62,002 bases of DNA from assembly GCA_031254575.1 (NCBI GenBank), contig JAIRUE010000100.1:1-62002 (forward strand), in the 5' to 3' direction. Position 1 is the stretch's first letter; each line of letters opens with the position of its first letter. Source of the DNA: Oscillospiraceae bacterium (GTDB lineage: Bacteria; Bacillota; Clostridia; Oscillospirales; UBA929). The notes under the pieces were generated by a model. It saw only the letters and a program-made list of their open reading frames with translations. It was not told the DNA's origin and ran no database searches. Made by a program: the position numbers and the translations under genes. Positions 16,034-25,320 of this stretch are shown one piece after another.

Positions 16034-16729
16034 TCACGCGAAATAACCCGTTGACAGGTTTTCTTTGTATATATGCGATATATCCGAAAATACAAGGCAG
16101 CTCGGCGCCGTCATGCCGTCCGTGTTATGATTAAAATCCAAAATCGTCACCCCCGTATGGGTCATATCAAAAGTGGCCCAAAAAATGACGGGCGGGATTG
16201 CCAGCATATGAGAGAGTATGATACTTCCCATTCCGCCGTGACAGAACAGCGCGACTTTTTCCTCGTTAGGTTTATGTATTCTATACACATTGTTTTCTCT
16301 GACATACCCAAGACGGCTGAGAAATCCGTCGGAGGCGTCAGCCAACCTTTCATAGCCGCCTTTGGCATTCAAGCAATCTCTAAAATCTTCCATTTCATAC
16401 CAACGGCCGCTCATGGCAAGCGGATTTGCTTTTAAGCGGCTGTTCTGACATAAAAACGCCCAGTTTGTAGTCCCGTCCGGTCCGGTTATATGAAAATCGC
16501 GCCAGGCATAGTTTTCACTGGCCCAATCTTCTATCGCGCACGGAAGCCCAAGCATGTCGCAGGTCGGCTTCGCCGTCTCCCTCGCCCTTCCGTTCGGGGA
16601 TGAAAAAATCCTGTCTACTCCCTGAACCGCAAGCCGTTTGGCAAGGGCATGGGCTTGCAGTCTGCCCTTATCGGTCAGACAGTCGCGCTCATAATCAGGC
16701 TCCCCGTGGCGGATAATATACAGGCGCAT
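16034..16729 (-). CDS. histidine phosphatase (phosphoglycerate-mutase-like) family protein
   Basis: N-terminal catalytic RHG motif (LYIIRHGEPDY). Confidence 0.8.
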   Translation of the reverse strand: MRLYIIRHGEPDYERDCLTDKGRLQAHALAKRLAVQGVDRIFSSPNGRARETAKPTCDMLGLPCAIEDWASENYAWRDFHITGPDGTTNWAFLCQNSRLKANPLAMSGRWYEMEDFRDCLNAKGGYERLADASDGFLSRLGYVRENNVYRIHKPNEEKVALFCHGGMGSIILSHMLAIPPVIFWATFDMTHTGVTILDFNHNTDGMTAPSCLVFSDISHIYKENLSTGYFA

Positions 16730-16832
16730 GTATTGGCCTCCTCAGTATTTATACATAGCCGTTTTCTTTTTATATCTGTCTGTTTTAAGAATAAAGTGTG
16801 GTGAAAAAGTCATACGCCCGTATAAAAAGAAC

Positions 16833-17852
16833 TTACCAAGATAAATGATGTGTGGTCACTACGCTGCCATTGCCTTCCATAATTGTCCCAATCGGATAAC
16901 ACTCAATAGAAAATCTTGAAAAGTGCTCCGTCAATATGGAAACATATTCTTTTTTACACACGACCGCAAGACCGCATCCGAGGTTAAAGGTACGCAGCAT
17001 TTCACTGTCGTTTACCTCCCCGTACTCTTTTAGTATTCTAAAGATTGCCGGGATTTTATATAATGAAAGGTCAATTTCCGCGCTGACGTCCATTGGTAAA
17101 ATACGGTTTAGATTTTCACGGATTCCCCCCCCCGTTATATGCGCCAAACCGGTCATGTATTTTGTTTTGAATAAGTCTTTTAACGCAAGATAATAACACC
17201 GGTGCGGCTCAAGAACAGCATCCATAAAAGGCCGCCCCCCAATAACCTCATTCTTTATATGCGGATAATCACTCATAATCCTGCGCACAAGCGTATACCC
17301 ATTTGTATGTATCCCGCTTGACTGTAAAGAAAGCACGATATTACCGCGGGAAATTTTAGAGCCGTCTATTATATCCTCTTTTTCAACGATCCCAACAATA
17401 CTTGACGTCAGAATGTAGGAGCCTTCCGGAACAATGCCCGGCTGCTCGGAGGTTTCGCCGCCCGTCAAGACGCATTCCTGCTCTTTAGCCGCTTCCGCAA
17501 GCGCTCTTACAATGCGTACGACAACACTTTTTTCAAGTTTCCCGCAAATGATAGCGTCCTGTATTGTAACAGGGGTTGCCCCCATAACAACGCAATCGTT
17601 TACCAAATGATTTATCATATCATAACAGACATTTTCAATTTTATCACATTGCGCGGCAATAAACTGTTTTGAACCGGGTTCCTCTGTTTTTAATACCAGA
17701 ACAGGGTTTTTATACGGAAGATTTGAAAAATCATATAAGGAGGAAAAAGCCCCCACTTTATTAATAACCCTGCTGTTTTGGGTGTCTAAAATAGCTTTCA
17801 TCTGTTGCTTCGTCTCATTGGCGGCATTTATATTCACTTCATATTTATTCAT
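16833..17852 (-). CDS. AIR-synthase-related (PurM-like) protein, divergent
   Basis: GGETSEQPG, IDGSKI, GIHTNGYTLVRR, HITGGG..EN and EMLRTFNLG align with PurM motifs. The canonical DGVGTK is replaced by EEPGSK. AT-rich. ATG at 17852 with GGGGAGG upstream. Confidence 0.65.
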   Translation of the reverse strand: MNKYEVNINAANETKQQMKAILDTQNSRVINKVGAFSSLYDFSNLPYKNPVLVLKTEEPGSKQFIAAQCDKIENVCYDMINHLVNDCVVMGATPVTIQDAIICGKLEKSVVVRIVRALAEAAKEQECVLTGGETSEQPGIVPEGSYILTSSIVGIVEKEDIIDGSKISRGNIVLSLQSSGIHTNGYTLVRRIMSDYPHIKNEVIGGRPFMDAVLEPHRCYYLALKDLFKTKYMTGLAHITGGGIRENLNRILPMDVSAEIDLSLYKIPAIFRILKEYGEVNDSEMLRTFNLGCGLAVVCKKEYVSILTEHFSRFSIECYPIGTIMEGNGSVVTTHHLSW

Positions 17853-18071
17853 ACGGCGCCTCCCCAAATATAAATCTTTCTTATCACGCTCCGATATTTC
17901 GTAGGGCGCGGAAAATACTGCTTGTTTACTATAACACAGAAAAGCCGGTAACGCAACGCAAACAAAACCATATCCGTGCCAGGCCTATTCGGATTCAATA
18001 GAACGGCAGCGGAAACTACAGTCTGTCTTTATCAATTTTGCATTCTTTTCCATTTCGGAATAAAACATCTC

Positions 18072-18100
18072 TTGACAAAATTCGCGGCGCCGTTTATACT
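18072..18100 (+). promoter_or_regulatory. sigma-A promoter
   Basis: TTGACA (18072-18077), a 17-nt spacer, then TATACT (18095-18100). Confidence 0.6.
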
Positions 18101-18111
18101 GAAGCAAATGG

Positions 18112-18260
18112 AATACGCTCGTGAGGGAGTAGTTGGCGCGTATTATGCGCGCGGCACAGTCAACAATCCCGCTGGAGGCGTCCGCTTTCAGTCTGGCTTG
18201 CCTTAATTGACGAGACTCATGTATGGCCCGGTTCCGGGCCGTACCTGAGCCTTTTCGTTA
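18112..18260 (+). promoter_or_regulatory. yybP-ykoY (Mn2+) riboswitch-like leader
   Basis: P1 CTCGT (18118-18122) pairs with ACGAG (18210-18214). Conserved-looking GAGGGAGTAG (18123-18132), GTCAAC (18159-18164) and TTGACGAGA (18207-18215). A GGCCCGG/CCGGGCC hairpin at 18225-18240 precedes the RBS. Confidence 0.6.
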
Positions 18261-18284
18261 ATATGCAGGCCGGAGGTTTTACAA

Positions 18285-19229
18285 ATGATTCTCACCATCG
18301 CGCTCTTCGTACTCGGGACAATCCTTGTTATCAAAGGCAGCGACGTCTTTGTGGACGCCGCCGGATGGACAGCCGACGTAACGGGCATTTCACGCGTCGT
18401 CATCGGCGCCACGGTCGTCTCCGTCGCCACCACCTCACCGGAATACTTCGTTTCCACCATTGCCGTCATCAAGGGCTATAACGACCTCTCTATCGGCAAC
18501 GCCGTCGGTTCCTTGTCGGTCAACCTCGGCGTCGGCCTGGGGTTGCTGGCGCTTTTTACTCCCGGCAAAATCGGCGACCGCCTGTTTTGGGTCAAGGGAC
18601 TACTGATGATCCTTTCGGCGGCGTCCCTTTGGGTTTTTTGTCTCAACGGCGCGGTTTCCGTCTGGGAGGCCGTCATTCTCCTCGCGCTGTTCGGCATTTC
18701 CATCTTTATCAATATCCGTTTCGCGCGCGACGGGGACGACTGCCAAAAGCGGCAAACCAACCGGCGGGAAATCATTCTCAATGTCTTAAAATTCGCCGGC
18801 GGGGCCGCCGCCGTTGTGTTCGGCTCCAACCTCATGGTAGACGGCGGCAAGGCCATCGCGGAACAGCTTGGCATCTCCGAGGCGGTCATCGGGCTTACCG
18901 TCGTCGCCATCGGCACATCACTTCCGGAGATTGCCACGTCGGTGACCGCCATTATCAAAAAGCAGAGCGCCCTGTCCATAGGCAATATCGTCGGCGCCAA
19001 CATACTCGATACCACTCTTATCCTTGCCACCGGCTCGTTCATTTCCGGAGGCGCGCTGGCCGTATCGGAGGCTACCGTGCGTATTGACCTGCCCGTCGCG
19101 CTTTTGCTGATGCTTGCCGCCGTATTGCCCGCCGCCCTTGGGAAGCGCACTTTCCGGTGGCAGGGGGCGTCGATTATGGCGATTTATCTGGCATATCTGA
19201 TATATCTGGTAATGCGGGCGGCGGTTTGA
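18285..19229 (+). CDS. CaCA-family cation/Ca2+ exchanger (YrbG-like sodium/calcium antiporter)
   Basis: Two internal alpha-repeats (GATVVSVATTSPE and GLTVVAIGTSLPE) and about 10 TM segments. Confidence 0.85.
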   Translation: MILTIALFVLGTILVIKGSDVFVDAAGWTADVTGISRVVIGATVVSVATTSPEYFVSTIAVIKGYNDLSIGNAVGSLSVNLGVGLGLLALFTPGKIGDRLFWVKGLLMILSAASLWVFCLNGAVSVWEAVILLALFGISIFINIRFARDGDDCQKRQTNRREIILNVLKFAGGAAAVVFGSNLMVDGGKAIAEQLGISEAVIGLTVVAIGTSLPEIATSVTAIIKKQSALSIGNIVGANILDTTLILATGSFISGGALAVSEATVRIDLPVALLLMLAAVLPAALGKRTFRWQGASIMAIYLAYLIYLVMRAAV

Positions 19230-19259
19230 ATTATAATTGAGCGATGGGAGCTATTAAGA

Positions 19260-20126
19260 ATGGTAAACGAAATATACAGCCTGTACAAAGAATGCCTGCC
19301 CGATATAAACAGAAGTGAGGAAACTGTCAAAAGAATCCTTGGCGATACCGGCAACCATATAATAAATTATATGGTTGCCGGTAAATTAGCCGGTGTTTCT
19401 GTTATCAATGACAATACAATACTTTTACTTTGCGTAGAAAAATCCTTTCAAAACCGCGGTGTTGGCGGTGAATTGCTGAAGCAGTCTGAAGAATATATTC
19501 TCTCTAACGGCTTTCATAAATTTGTTGCCGGCGCCGGAAAAGACTATATAATGCCGGGTATTCCGATGAATAACGGCGCTCACAATTTTTTTAAGAAACG
19601 CGGCTATATTCATTCCTGGGGCAATCGCGGCTGCTTTGATATGTGTCAGATGTTAAAAGACTTTGATTATAACGAACATTCGATAGGCGATGTGATTGCC
19701 GGTATAACGTATAGACGGGCACTAATACATGATGTTGATAATATTGTTAAATGTGTGTCGGATGCGGAAGAATCATTTGTGCAGTATTATCAAAATGAAG
19801 AGGTATACGAAAAAGGTGCAAACCCGCTTGTTTTGATTGCCGAAAAGGATAACGAGGTGTTGGGCGCTCTTATGGTCGATATTGAAACCGGGAATACAGA
19901 TACGGGAAGCATTGGCTGTACGGCAACCGCCTGTCAGCACAGAAACAAAGGGATTGCGACAAATATGGTTATCCTGGGTACAAAGTATCTGAAAGACATC
20001 GGATTAAGCAAGGTATATTTGAGTTACACATATACGGATATTGTGAGCATGTATGGCAGAGCCGGGTATAAGGTTTGTATGGAATACTATATGGGAGAAA
20101 AAAGTGTTGAAAATACTCTTACATAA
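19260..20126 (+). CDS. tandem-GNAT acetyltransferase
   Basis: Two acetyl-CoA motif A regions (QNRGVGGELL and RNKGIATNM). AT-rich. Lies 30 nt after the antiporter stop. Confidence 0.65.
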   Translation: MVNEIYSLYKECLPDINRSEETVKRILGDTGNHIINYMVAGKLAGVSVINDNTILLLCVEKSFQNRGVGGELLKQSEEYILSNGFHKFVAGAGKDYIMPGIPMNNGAHNFFKKRGYIHSWGNRGCFDMCQMLKDFDYNEHSIGDVIAGITYRRALIHDVDNIVKCVSDAEESFVQYYQNEEVYEKGANPLVLIAEKDNEVLGALMVDIETGNTDTGSIGCTATACQHRNKGIATNMVILGTKYLKDIGLSKVYLSYTYTDIVSMYGRAGYKVCMEYYMGEKSVENTLT

Positions 20127-20131
20127 TATTG

Positions 20132-20746
20132 CTATTTTCTGCAAAACCAGTTTCTGACGCCGCCCAGCCATTCCATCAGTTTGAATCGCACCACATACGT
20201 CTCGTCCGCCTGTGTGATCAGCGCGATGTCGCCCTCGGTCAGCCCCGTGAAGGTGTCCGGGAGCTTTTCCATCGCCGACGCCGCGCAGAGCGGCGGGAAG
20301 ACCACACACCACCAGTTTTGCCCCGCGCCTCCGTCCAGTGTCACGCGCAGCGCCGTGTACGGCCCGGCGGGCAGCGCGAAGGTACTGTATTCCCTTGTGG
20401 GGAACGCCTCTTTTTGCAGCGTCACCGAAACGGCCTGATCCGAGCCTTGCGTCTTGAGGAATGTCCGCAGGTTTTCCTCCAGCATCGGTATGTTTTCGCG
20501 GATGGCAGCCGCCGCGTCTCCGGCGTTGCCGATACCGTCCAGCGGTTCCGCCAGCAGCGTCAGCGTCCGGTCGCGCACCAGCAGTTTAAGAAGCTGATCC
20601 TCCTCGCTGTCGGACGCGGCGACGACGTGCAGCCGCACCAGCTTGTCGGATATGGCGGCGGAGGGGAGCGCGGTCGCGGTCCCTACGATAAGGGCGGCAA
20701 TCAGCCCGATACAGAGCGCGAGTTCCAGTAATTTGTATTTTCCCAT
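20132..20746 (-). CDS. spoIIR: stage II sporulation protein R
   Basis: N-terminal TM/signal segment followed by LVRLHVVAASDSEEDQ.LK..VRD, the SpoIIR signature. Confidence 0.8.
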   Translation of the reverse strand: MGKYKLLELALCIGLIAALIVGTATALPSAAISDKLVRLHVVAASDSEEDQLLKLLVRDRTLTLLAEPLDGIGNAGDAAAAIRENIPMLEENLRTFLKTQGSDQAVSVTLQKEAFPTREYSTFALPAGPYTALRVTLDGGAGQNWWCVVFPPLCAASAMEKLPDTFTGLTEGDIALITQADETYVVRFKLMEWLGGVRNWFCRK

Positions 20747-20805
20747 AAAAAATCCCTGCCTTATCGTTGTGTTGATAACGACATTCTTGACAGGGACGGT
20801 TTTGC

Positions 20806-21645
20806 CTATACAGGTTTTACGAGAAATGTTTTTGGAAATTGCGGTCGAATCGTGTAAATCGCTTGATTTGCTTTTGTTATGTCATCAAAAATTCCGAAAA
20901 CTGTCGGCCCGCTCCCGCTCATCGTGGCATTCGCCGCGCCCGCGCCGCTCAACAGGCGTTTGATTTCCGCGACTTCGGGGAGCCGCGTGACGGATTCAAA
21001 GACATTGCCGGCCGGCCGCGCCGTCTCCGTACGCTCCGGCCATTCCATCCCGTCAAACCGGCGAAAGGCTTCGGCGGTCGAAACCGCCGCCGGCGGCGTT
21101 ACCAATACGATATGACAATCCGGCAGCGGCGGCAGCGGCGTCAGAATCTCGCCCCGCCCCTCGGCCAGACAGACGCCGCCGCGCAGGCAATACGGCACGT
21201 CGGAACCGAGTTCAAGGGCTAATTCCTGTAAGGGCGGCCTTTGATTGTCCGTTTCCCCCAGGCTATGCCCGTCCGCCCGCGCCGCCGCCCATTCATCGAG
21301 CGCCCGCAGCACCGCCGCCGCGTCGCTGGAACCGCCGCCTAAACCCGCGCTGACAGGAATGCGCTTTTCGATATGCACATGGCAGCTCCATCCCCTGAAC
21401 CCGGCGGCGTTCATAAACAGGCGCGCGGCCCGTGCCGCGAGATTTTGTCCCTCCACGCCCTCCGCGAAAGCGGTAAACGTTTCCTTTCCCGGTTCACACG
21501 GGGAGAGCGTGAGGGTTAAATCGTCACAGAGCGACACCGACGCCATGATCGTCCGCAGGTTGTGGTATCCGTCGCCGCGCCTGCCTGTGATCTCCAGCGC
21601 CAGATTGATTTTCGCGGGGGCCTTTGCGGCCAGCAGAGTTTTCAT
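20806..21645 (-). CDS. ispE: 4-diphosphocytidyl-2-C-methyl-D-erythritol kinase
   Basis: APAKINL.L.I.G.R.DGYH and the GHMP kinase loop PV.AGLGGGSSDAAA. Confidence 0.9.
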   Translation of the reverse strand: MKTLLAAKAPAKINLALEITGRRGDGYHNLRTIMASVSLCDDLTLTLSPCEPGKETFTAFAEGVEGQNLAARAARLFMNAAGFRGWSCHVHIEKRIPVSAGLGGGSSDAAAVLRALDEWAAARADGHSLGETDNQRPPLQELALELGSDVPYCLRGGVCLAEGRGEILTPLPPLPDCHIVLVTPPAAVSTAEAFRRFDGMEWPERTETARPAGNVFESVTRLPEVAEIKRLLSGAGAANATMSGSGPTVFGIFDDITKANQAIYTIRPQFPKTFLVKPV

Positions 21646-21739
21646 ACATCCCCCAACAAGGCTGAAAGCGCGTCTACGCGCTTTTTATTTATGCACTGTT
21701 CTGTTTGGGCTTCGGGTCAGGTCGAAGCCGCCGAGCGCG

Positions 21740-21828
21740 GAACTCTGTTTTTTATGTTCCGTTTATCGCATTGTAAAATTCTTCCGGCAAATCATATTGC
21801 TCTCTTCCGTTAGTCCATTGTCCAACAA
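21740..21828. repeat. 89-bp repeat, copy 1 (3' end of LRR gene plus 12 nt of flank)
   Basis: Compared base by base; identical to 22766-22854. Confidence 0.9.
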
Positions 21829-22714
21829 AATTTACGGAGTAGTTCTCACCTTTGTAAACCGCCTTTTCTAAACTTGTACAACCACCGAAAGCGCCGCTCC
21901 AAGCGGTTACCGCCCAGCCTTTTTTAATAGCGGCGTAATCTCCGCTGCCAATACTTGTCACACTGTCGGGAATCATTATATTTGTCAGTGCCGTACAACC
22001 GGAAAATGCGTATTTGCCAATACTGGTTACACCGTCGGGAATCGTTACGGTTGTCAGTCCCGTACAACCATAAAAAGTTCTGTCGCCAATACTTGTGATA
22101 CCACTGGGAATCGTTATATCTGTCAATCCCATACAGTTGTAAAAAGCATCGTCGCCAATGCTTTTTACACCGTCAGGAATTGTTATATTTGTCAGTCCCA
22201 TACAACCGGAAAATGCAACACCGCCAATGCTTTTTACACCGTTGGGGATCGTTATATCTGTCAGCCCCCAACAATCAAAAAATGCGTATTCGCCAATACT
22301 TGTCACACTGTCGGGAATCATTATATTTGTCAGTGCCGTACAACCGGAAAATGCGATTTCACCGATACTTGTTACGGACTTACCTTCTATTTGCGACGGG
22401 ATTTCTACCGCAACATCACTTCCTTTATAGTGCATTATAGTAACCTCGCCATTATTGATTTCATATTGAAAATCGTCGTTTTCGCCAAACCCATTGTCCT
22501 GATCGTTTCCGGTGTTATTGATTTCTTCCGGTGTCGGTTCAGGTTGTGTTACATCCGCCGGTGCAGGCTCTGGAGCTGGCGTGTTATCGCCGCCAGCCAC
22601 GAGCGACGAGGGTGTTGTATTGCCGCCGCCCTCCGAACAGGCCGAGAAAAGCAGTGCCAACGCAAGCACGGACGTGAGTATCCGGGTTTTCATTTTGGCT
22701 GTCTGTGAAACCAC
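21752..22714 (-). CDS. BspA-type leucine-rich-repeat lipoprotein
   Basis: Lipobox LLFSAC. A Thr/Pro/Glu linker. About 23-aa LRR_5 units (IP..V.SIG..AF..C..LT.I). GTG start. Confidence 0.75.
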   Translation of the reverse strand: MVSQTAKMKTRILTSVLALALLFSACSEGGGNTTPSSLVAGGDNTPAPEPAPADVTQPEPTPEEINNTGNDQDNGFGENDDFQYEINNGEVTIMHYKGSDVAVEIPSQIEGKSVTSIGEIAFSGCTALTNIMIPDSVTSIGEYAFFDCWGLTDITIPNGVKSIGGVAFSGCMGLTNITIPDGVKSIGDDAFYNCMGLTDITIPSGITSIGDRTFYGCTGLTTVTIPDGVTSIGKYAFSGCTALTNIMIPDSVTSIGSGDYAAIKKGWAVTAWSGAFGGCTSLEKAVYKGENYSVNFVGQWTNGREQYDLPEEFYNAINGT

Positions 22715-22765
22715 GAGTATGTACGCCTCCTATACGTTATCGCGCTTGTTATAGCACTGCCCAAT

Positions 22766-22854
22766 GAACTCTGTTTTTTATGTTCCGTTTATCGCATTGT
22801 AAAATTCTTCCGGCAAATCATATTGCTCTCTTCCGTTAGTCCATTGTCCAACAA
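22766..22854. repeat. 89-bp repeat, copy 2
   Basis: Identical to 21740-21828. Confidence 0.9.
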
Positions 22855-23632
22855 TTTCTAGGGGGTAGCTCTTGCCTTTATAAACCGCCTTTTCTAAACC
22901 TGTACAATCGCCGAAAGCGCCGTTCCAAATAATTACCGACAAACCCTCTTTAAGCGTGGCATAATTTCCAACCCCAATACTTGTCACACTATCGGGAACC
23001 GTTATATTTGTCAATCCCGTACACCCGAAAAAAGCCTGATTTCCAATACTTGTCACACTCTCAGGAATCGTTACATCTGTCAGTCCCGTACAGCGTCTAA
23101 AAGCGCCGACATCAATACTTGTTACACTGTCGGGAATCGTTATGCTTATCAGTCCGGTACAACCGGCAAAAGCTTGTTTGCCAATACTCGCAACTCCGTT
23201 GGGAATCCTTATATCCGTCAGTCCCGTACAACCGTAAAAAGTACAGTCGTCAATGCTTGTTACGCCATCGGGAATCGTTATATCCGTCAGTTCCGTACAA
23301 CCGGAAAATGCGTATTCACAAATACTTGTTACAGGCTTGCTTTCTATTTCCGACGGGATCTCTACGACAGCATCACTGCCTTTATAGTACATTATAGTAA
23401 CCCCGGCATTATTGATTTCATATTCAAAATCGTTGCTGTTGCCGCTATCGGGCGCTTCCGTCGCAGCGGGCTCTTGCTCCTCAACGATAAAAGGGGACGG
23501 ATCGGGCAATGGGCTGGGCGATATATCCGGCGACGGGGACGGGGGCGGCGAAAGCTGTCCGCCACACCCCGCGAGCAATCCCGCCGCCATAACGGCGATA
23601 AGTAAAATCGCTGTGATCTTTACGCTTTTCAT
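22778..23632 (-). CDS. BspA-type leucine-rich-repeat lipoprotein (paralogue)
   Basis: Lipobox LLAGC, a Pro/Ser linker, the same LRR_5 units, and the same C-terminus VGQWTNGREQYDLPEEFYNAINGT. Confidence 0.75.
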   Translation of the reverse strand: MKSVKITAILLIAVMAAGLLAGCGGQLSPPPSPSPDISPSPLPDPSPFIVEEQEPAATEAPDSGNSNDFEYEINNAGVTIMYYKGSDAVVEIPSEIESKPVTSICEYAFSGCTELTDITIPDGVTSIDDCTFYGCTGLTDIRIPNGVASIGKQAFAGCTGLISITIPDSVTSIDVGAFRRCTGLTDVTIPESVTSIGNQAFFGCTGLTNITVPDSVTSIGVGNYATLKEGLSVIIWNGAFGDCTGLEKAVYKGKSYPLEIVGQWTNGREQYDLPEEFYNAINGT

Positions 23633-23678
23633 GGCAACAATCCTGCCTTGAACGAATTTTCATCCCGCCGCGCCGCGC

Positions 23679-24842
23679 TTATCTTCTCACTTTCTCCAAA
23701 TACCGCTTGATCCGCTCCAGCGCCTCGGTCAAATTCTCCACCGACGTGGCGTAACAGGCCCGCACAAATCCCTCGCCGCTTGCGCCGAACGCCGGGCCGG
23801 GAATAACGGCGACGTCCTGTTCTTCCAAAAGCCCCTGGCAAAACGCCTCGCTGGTCAGGCCGGTGCTCTGAATGGACGGGAACAGGTAAAACGCGCCCTG
23901 CGGCTCGAAACAGTCCAGCCCCATTGAATGAAACCCCTCCAGTGTCAGGCGGCGGCGGCGGTCGTAGCTTTCGGCCATCCGCGCGATCTCCCCGTCCCCG
24001 TCGCGCAGGGCGGCGGCGGCGGCGTACTGGCTTGTGGTGGGGGCGCTCATGATGGCGTATTGATGTATTTTAGTCATTTGCCCGATCAGTTCGGCGGGGC
24101 CGTAGGCAAACCCCATCCGCCAGCCGGTCATCGCGTGGCTTTTCGACAGCCCGCCGACAATAAGCGTGCGCTCCTTCATACCGGGCAGCGACGCCAGCGG
24201 CACATGCTTTTGCCCGTAAGTAAGCTCCGCGTAAATCTCGTCGCTGATCACGATAACGCCGGTACCGCGCAGCACCGCGGCGACGGCCTCCAGGTCCGGC
24301 AATTCCATGATACCGCCGGTCGGATTGCATGGGTAAGGCAAGATCAGCATACGGGTCTTTTCGGTGACCGCGCCCCTCAACTGTTCCGCCGTCAGGCGAA
24401 ACCGGTTTTCCACCTTGGTCTCAACGGGCACAGGCACGCCGCCCGCCAGCGTCACAACAGGATCGTACGCCACAAAGGAAGGCTGCGGGACGATAACCTC
24501 GTCTCCCGGCTCCAACACGGCGCGTACCGCAAGGTCGATCGCCTCGCTGCCGCCGACCGTGACCAGTATCTCTCCCTTCGGGTCATAGTCCAGCCCGAAG
24601 CGGCGGCTCATATACGCGGCGCATTCATAGCGGAGGAAGCTCAGCCCCGCGTTGGGTGTGTATTTGGTGTATCCCTTCTCCAGTGAAAAAATGCCCTCGT
24701 CGCGCACATGCCAGGGGGTGAGGAAATCGGGCTCGCCGATGCCGAGCGAAATCGCGTCCTTGCGCTCCTCCAGCAAATCAAAAAAACGCCGTATGCCCGA
24801 GGGCTTGAGCGATCGTACACGGGATGAGATGTGGATATTCAT
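23679..24842 (-). CDS. class I/II PLP-dependent aminotransferase
   Basis: N.PTG motif (PCNPTGG). A SKS.AMTGWR lysine motif. The length is typical of AspC-like enzymes. Confidence 0.85.
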   Translation of the reverse strand: MNIHISSRVRSLKPSGIRRFFDLLEERKDAISLGIGEPDFLTPWHVRDEGIFSLEKGYTKYTPNAGLSFLRYECAAYMSRRFGLDYDPKGEILVTVGGSEAIDLAVRAVLEPGDEVIVPQPSFVAYDPVVTLAGGVPVPVETKVENRFRLTAEQLRGAVTEKTRMLILPYPCNPTGGIMELPDLEAVAAVLRGTGVIVISDEIYAELTYGQKHVPLASLPGMKERTLIVGGLSKSHAMTGWRMGFAYGPAELIGQMTKIHQYAIMSAPTTSQYAAAAALRDGDGEIARMAESYDRRRRLTLEGFHSMGLDCFEPQGAFYLFPSIQSTGLTSEAFCQGLLEEQDVAVIPGPAFGASGEGFVRACYATSVENLTEALERIKRYLEKVRR

Positions 24843-25318
24843 ATAAACAGAACCCTTTCCTGCTGTTCCGGCGCGGTTTTGTACGCGACGCCGCCCTCCT
24901 TATACTTTTTGAGCAGAAAATGCGTCGCCGTGCCGGTGACCGACTCCAGCGCGGACAGTTTTTCCGAGACAAACAGCGCGACTTCCCGGAGGGAGCGCCC
25001 CGTAATGACGACCAGAAAGTCATACCCGCCCGACATCAGGTAGAGAGACTGCACTTCCTCATACTGATAGATGCGTTCCGCCACGCGGTCAAAGCCCTCG
25101 CCCCGCTGCGGCGTGACGCGCACCTCAATCATGGCGGTCACGTAGTCGCCGCCCGCCTTTTCCCAGTCCACCACCGCGCGCATGCCCAGCAACGCGCCGC
25201 TTTCGCGCGCCGCCGCGATGTCGGCCGCAACTTCCGCCTCCTCCTTCTCCAGCATCACGGCGATCTGCCGCGCCGTCAGCGTCGCGTCAGATTCCAGCAG
25301 GTGCAGTATCTTTTTCAC
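24839..25318 (-). CDS. Lrp/AsnC-family transcriptional regulator
   Basis: N-terminal HTH (LLE.DA.LTARQIA) plus a RAM-like C-terminal domain. A 4-nt ATGA overlap with the aminotransferase. Confidence 0.85.
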   Translation of the reverse strand: MKKILHLLESDATLTARQIAVMLEKEEAEVAADIAAARESGALLGMRAVVDWEKAGGDYVTAMIEVRVTPQRGEGFDRVAERIYQYEEVQSLYLMSGGYDFLVVITGRSLREVALFVSEKLSALESVTGTATHFLLKKYKEGGVAYKTAPEQQERVLFI

Positions 25319-25320
25319 GC

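Noticed and set aside
15967-16095. N-terminal extensions suggested by the ORF track for the HD protein (also for DUF4340 at 33353..33553, mnmE at 31876..31920, LacI at 56902..56982 and the SLH protein at 44448..44507)
   Set aside because: The extensions are Arg/Cys-rich or overlap the upstream gene or promoter. The internal ATGs are preceded by good SD sequences and give canonical N-termini.
22000-23350. Regular roughly 69-bp periodic repeats resembling an array
   Set aside because: They lie inside two long ORFs and encode 23-aa LRR_5 units. The units are imperfect and lack unique spacers, so this is not a CRISPR array. No RT or template repeat is present, so it is not a DGR target either.
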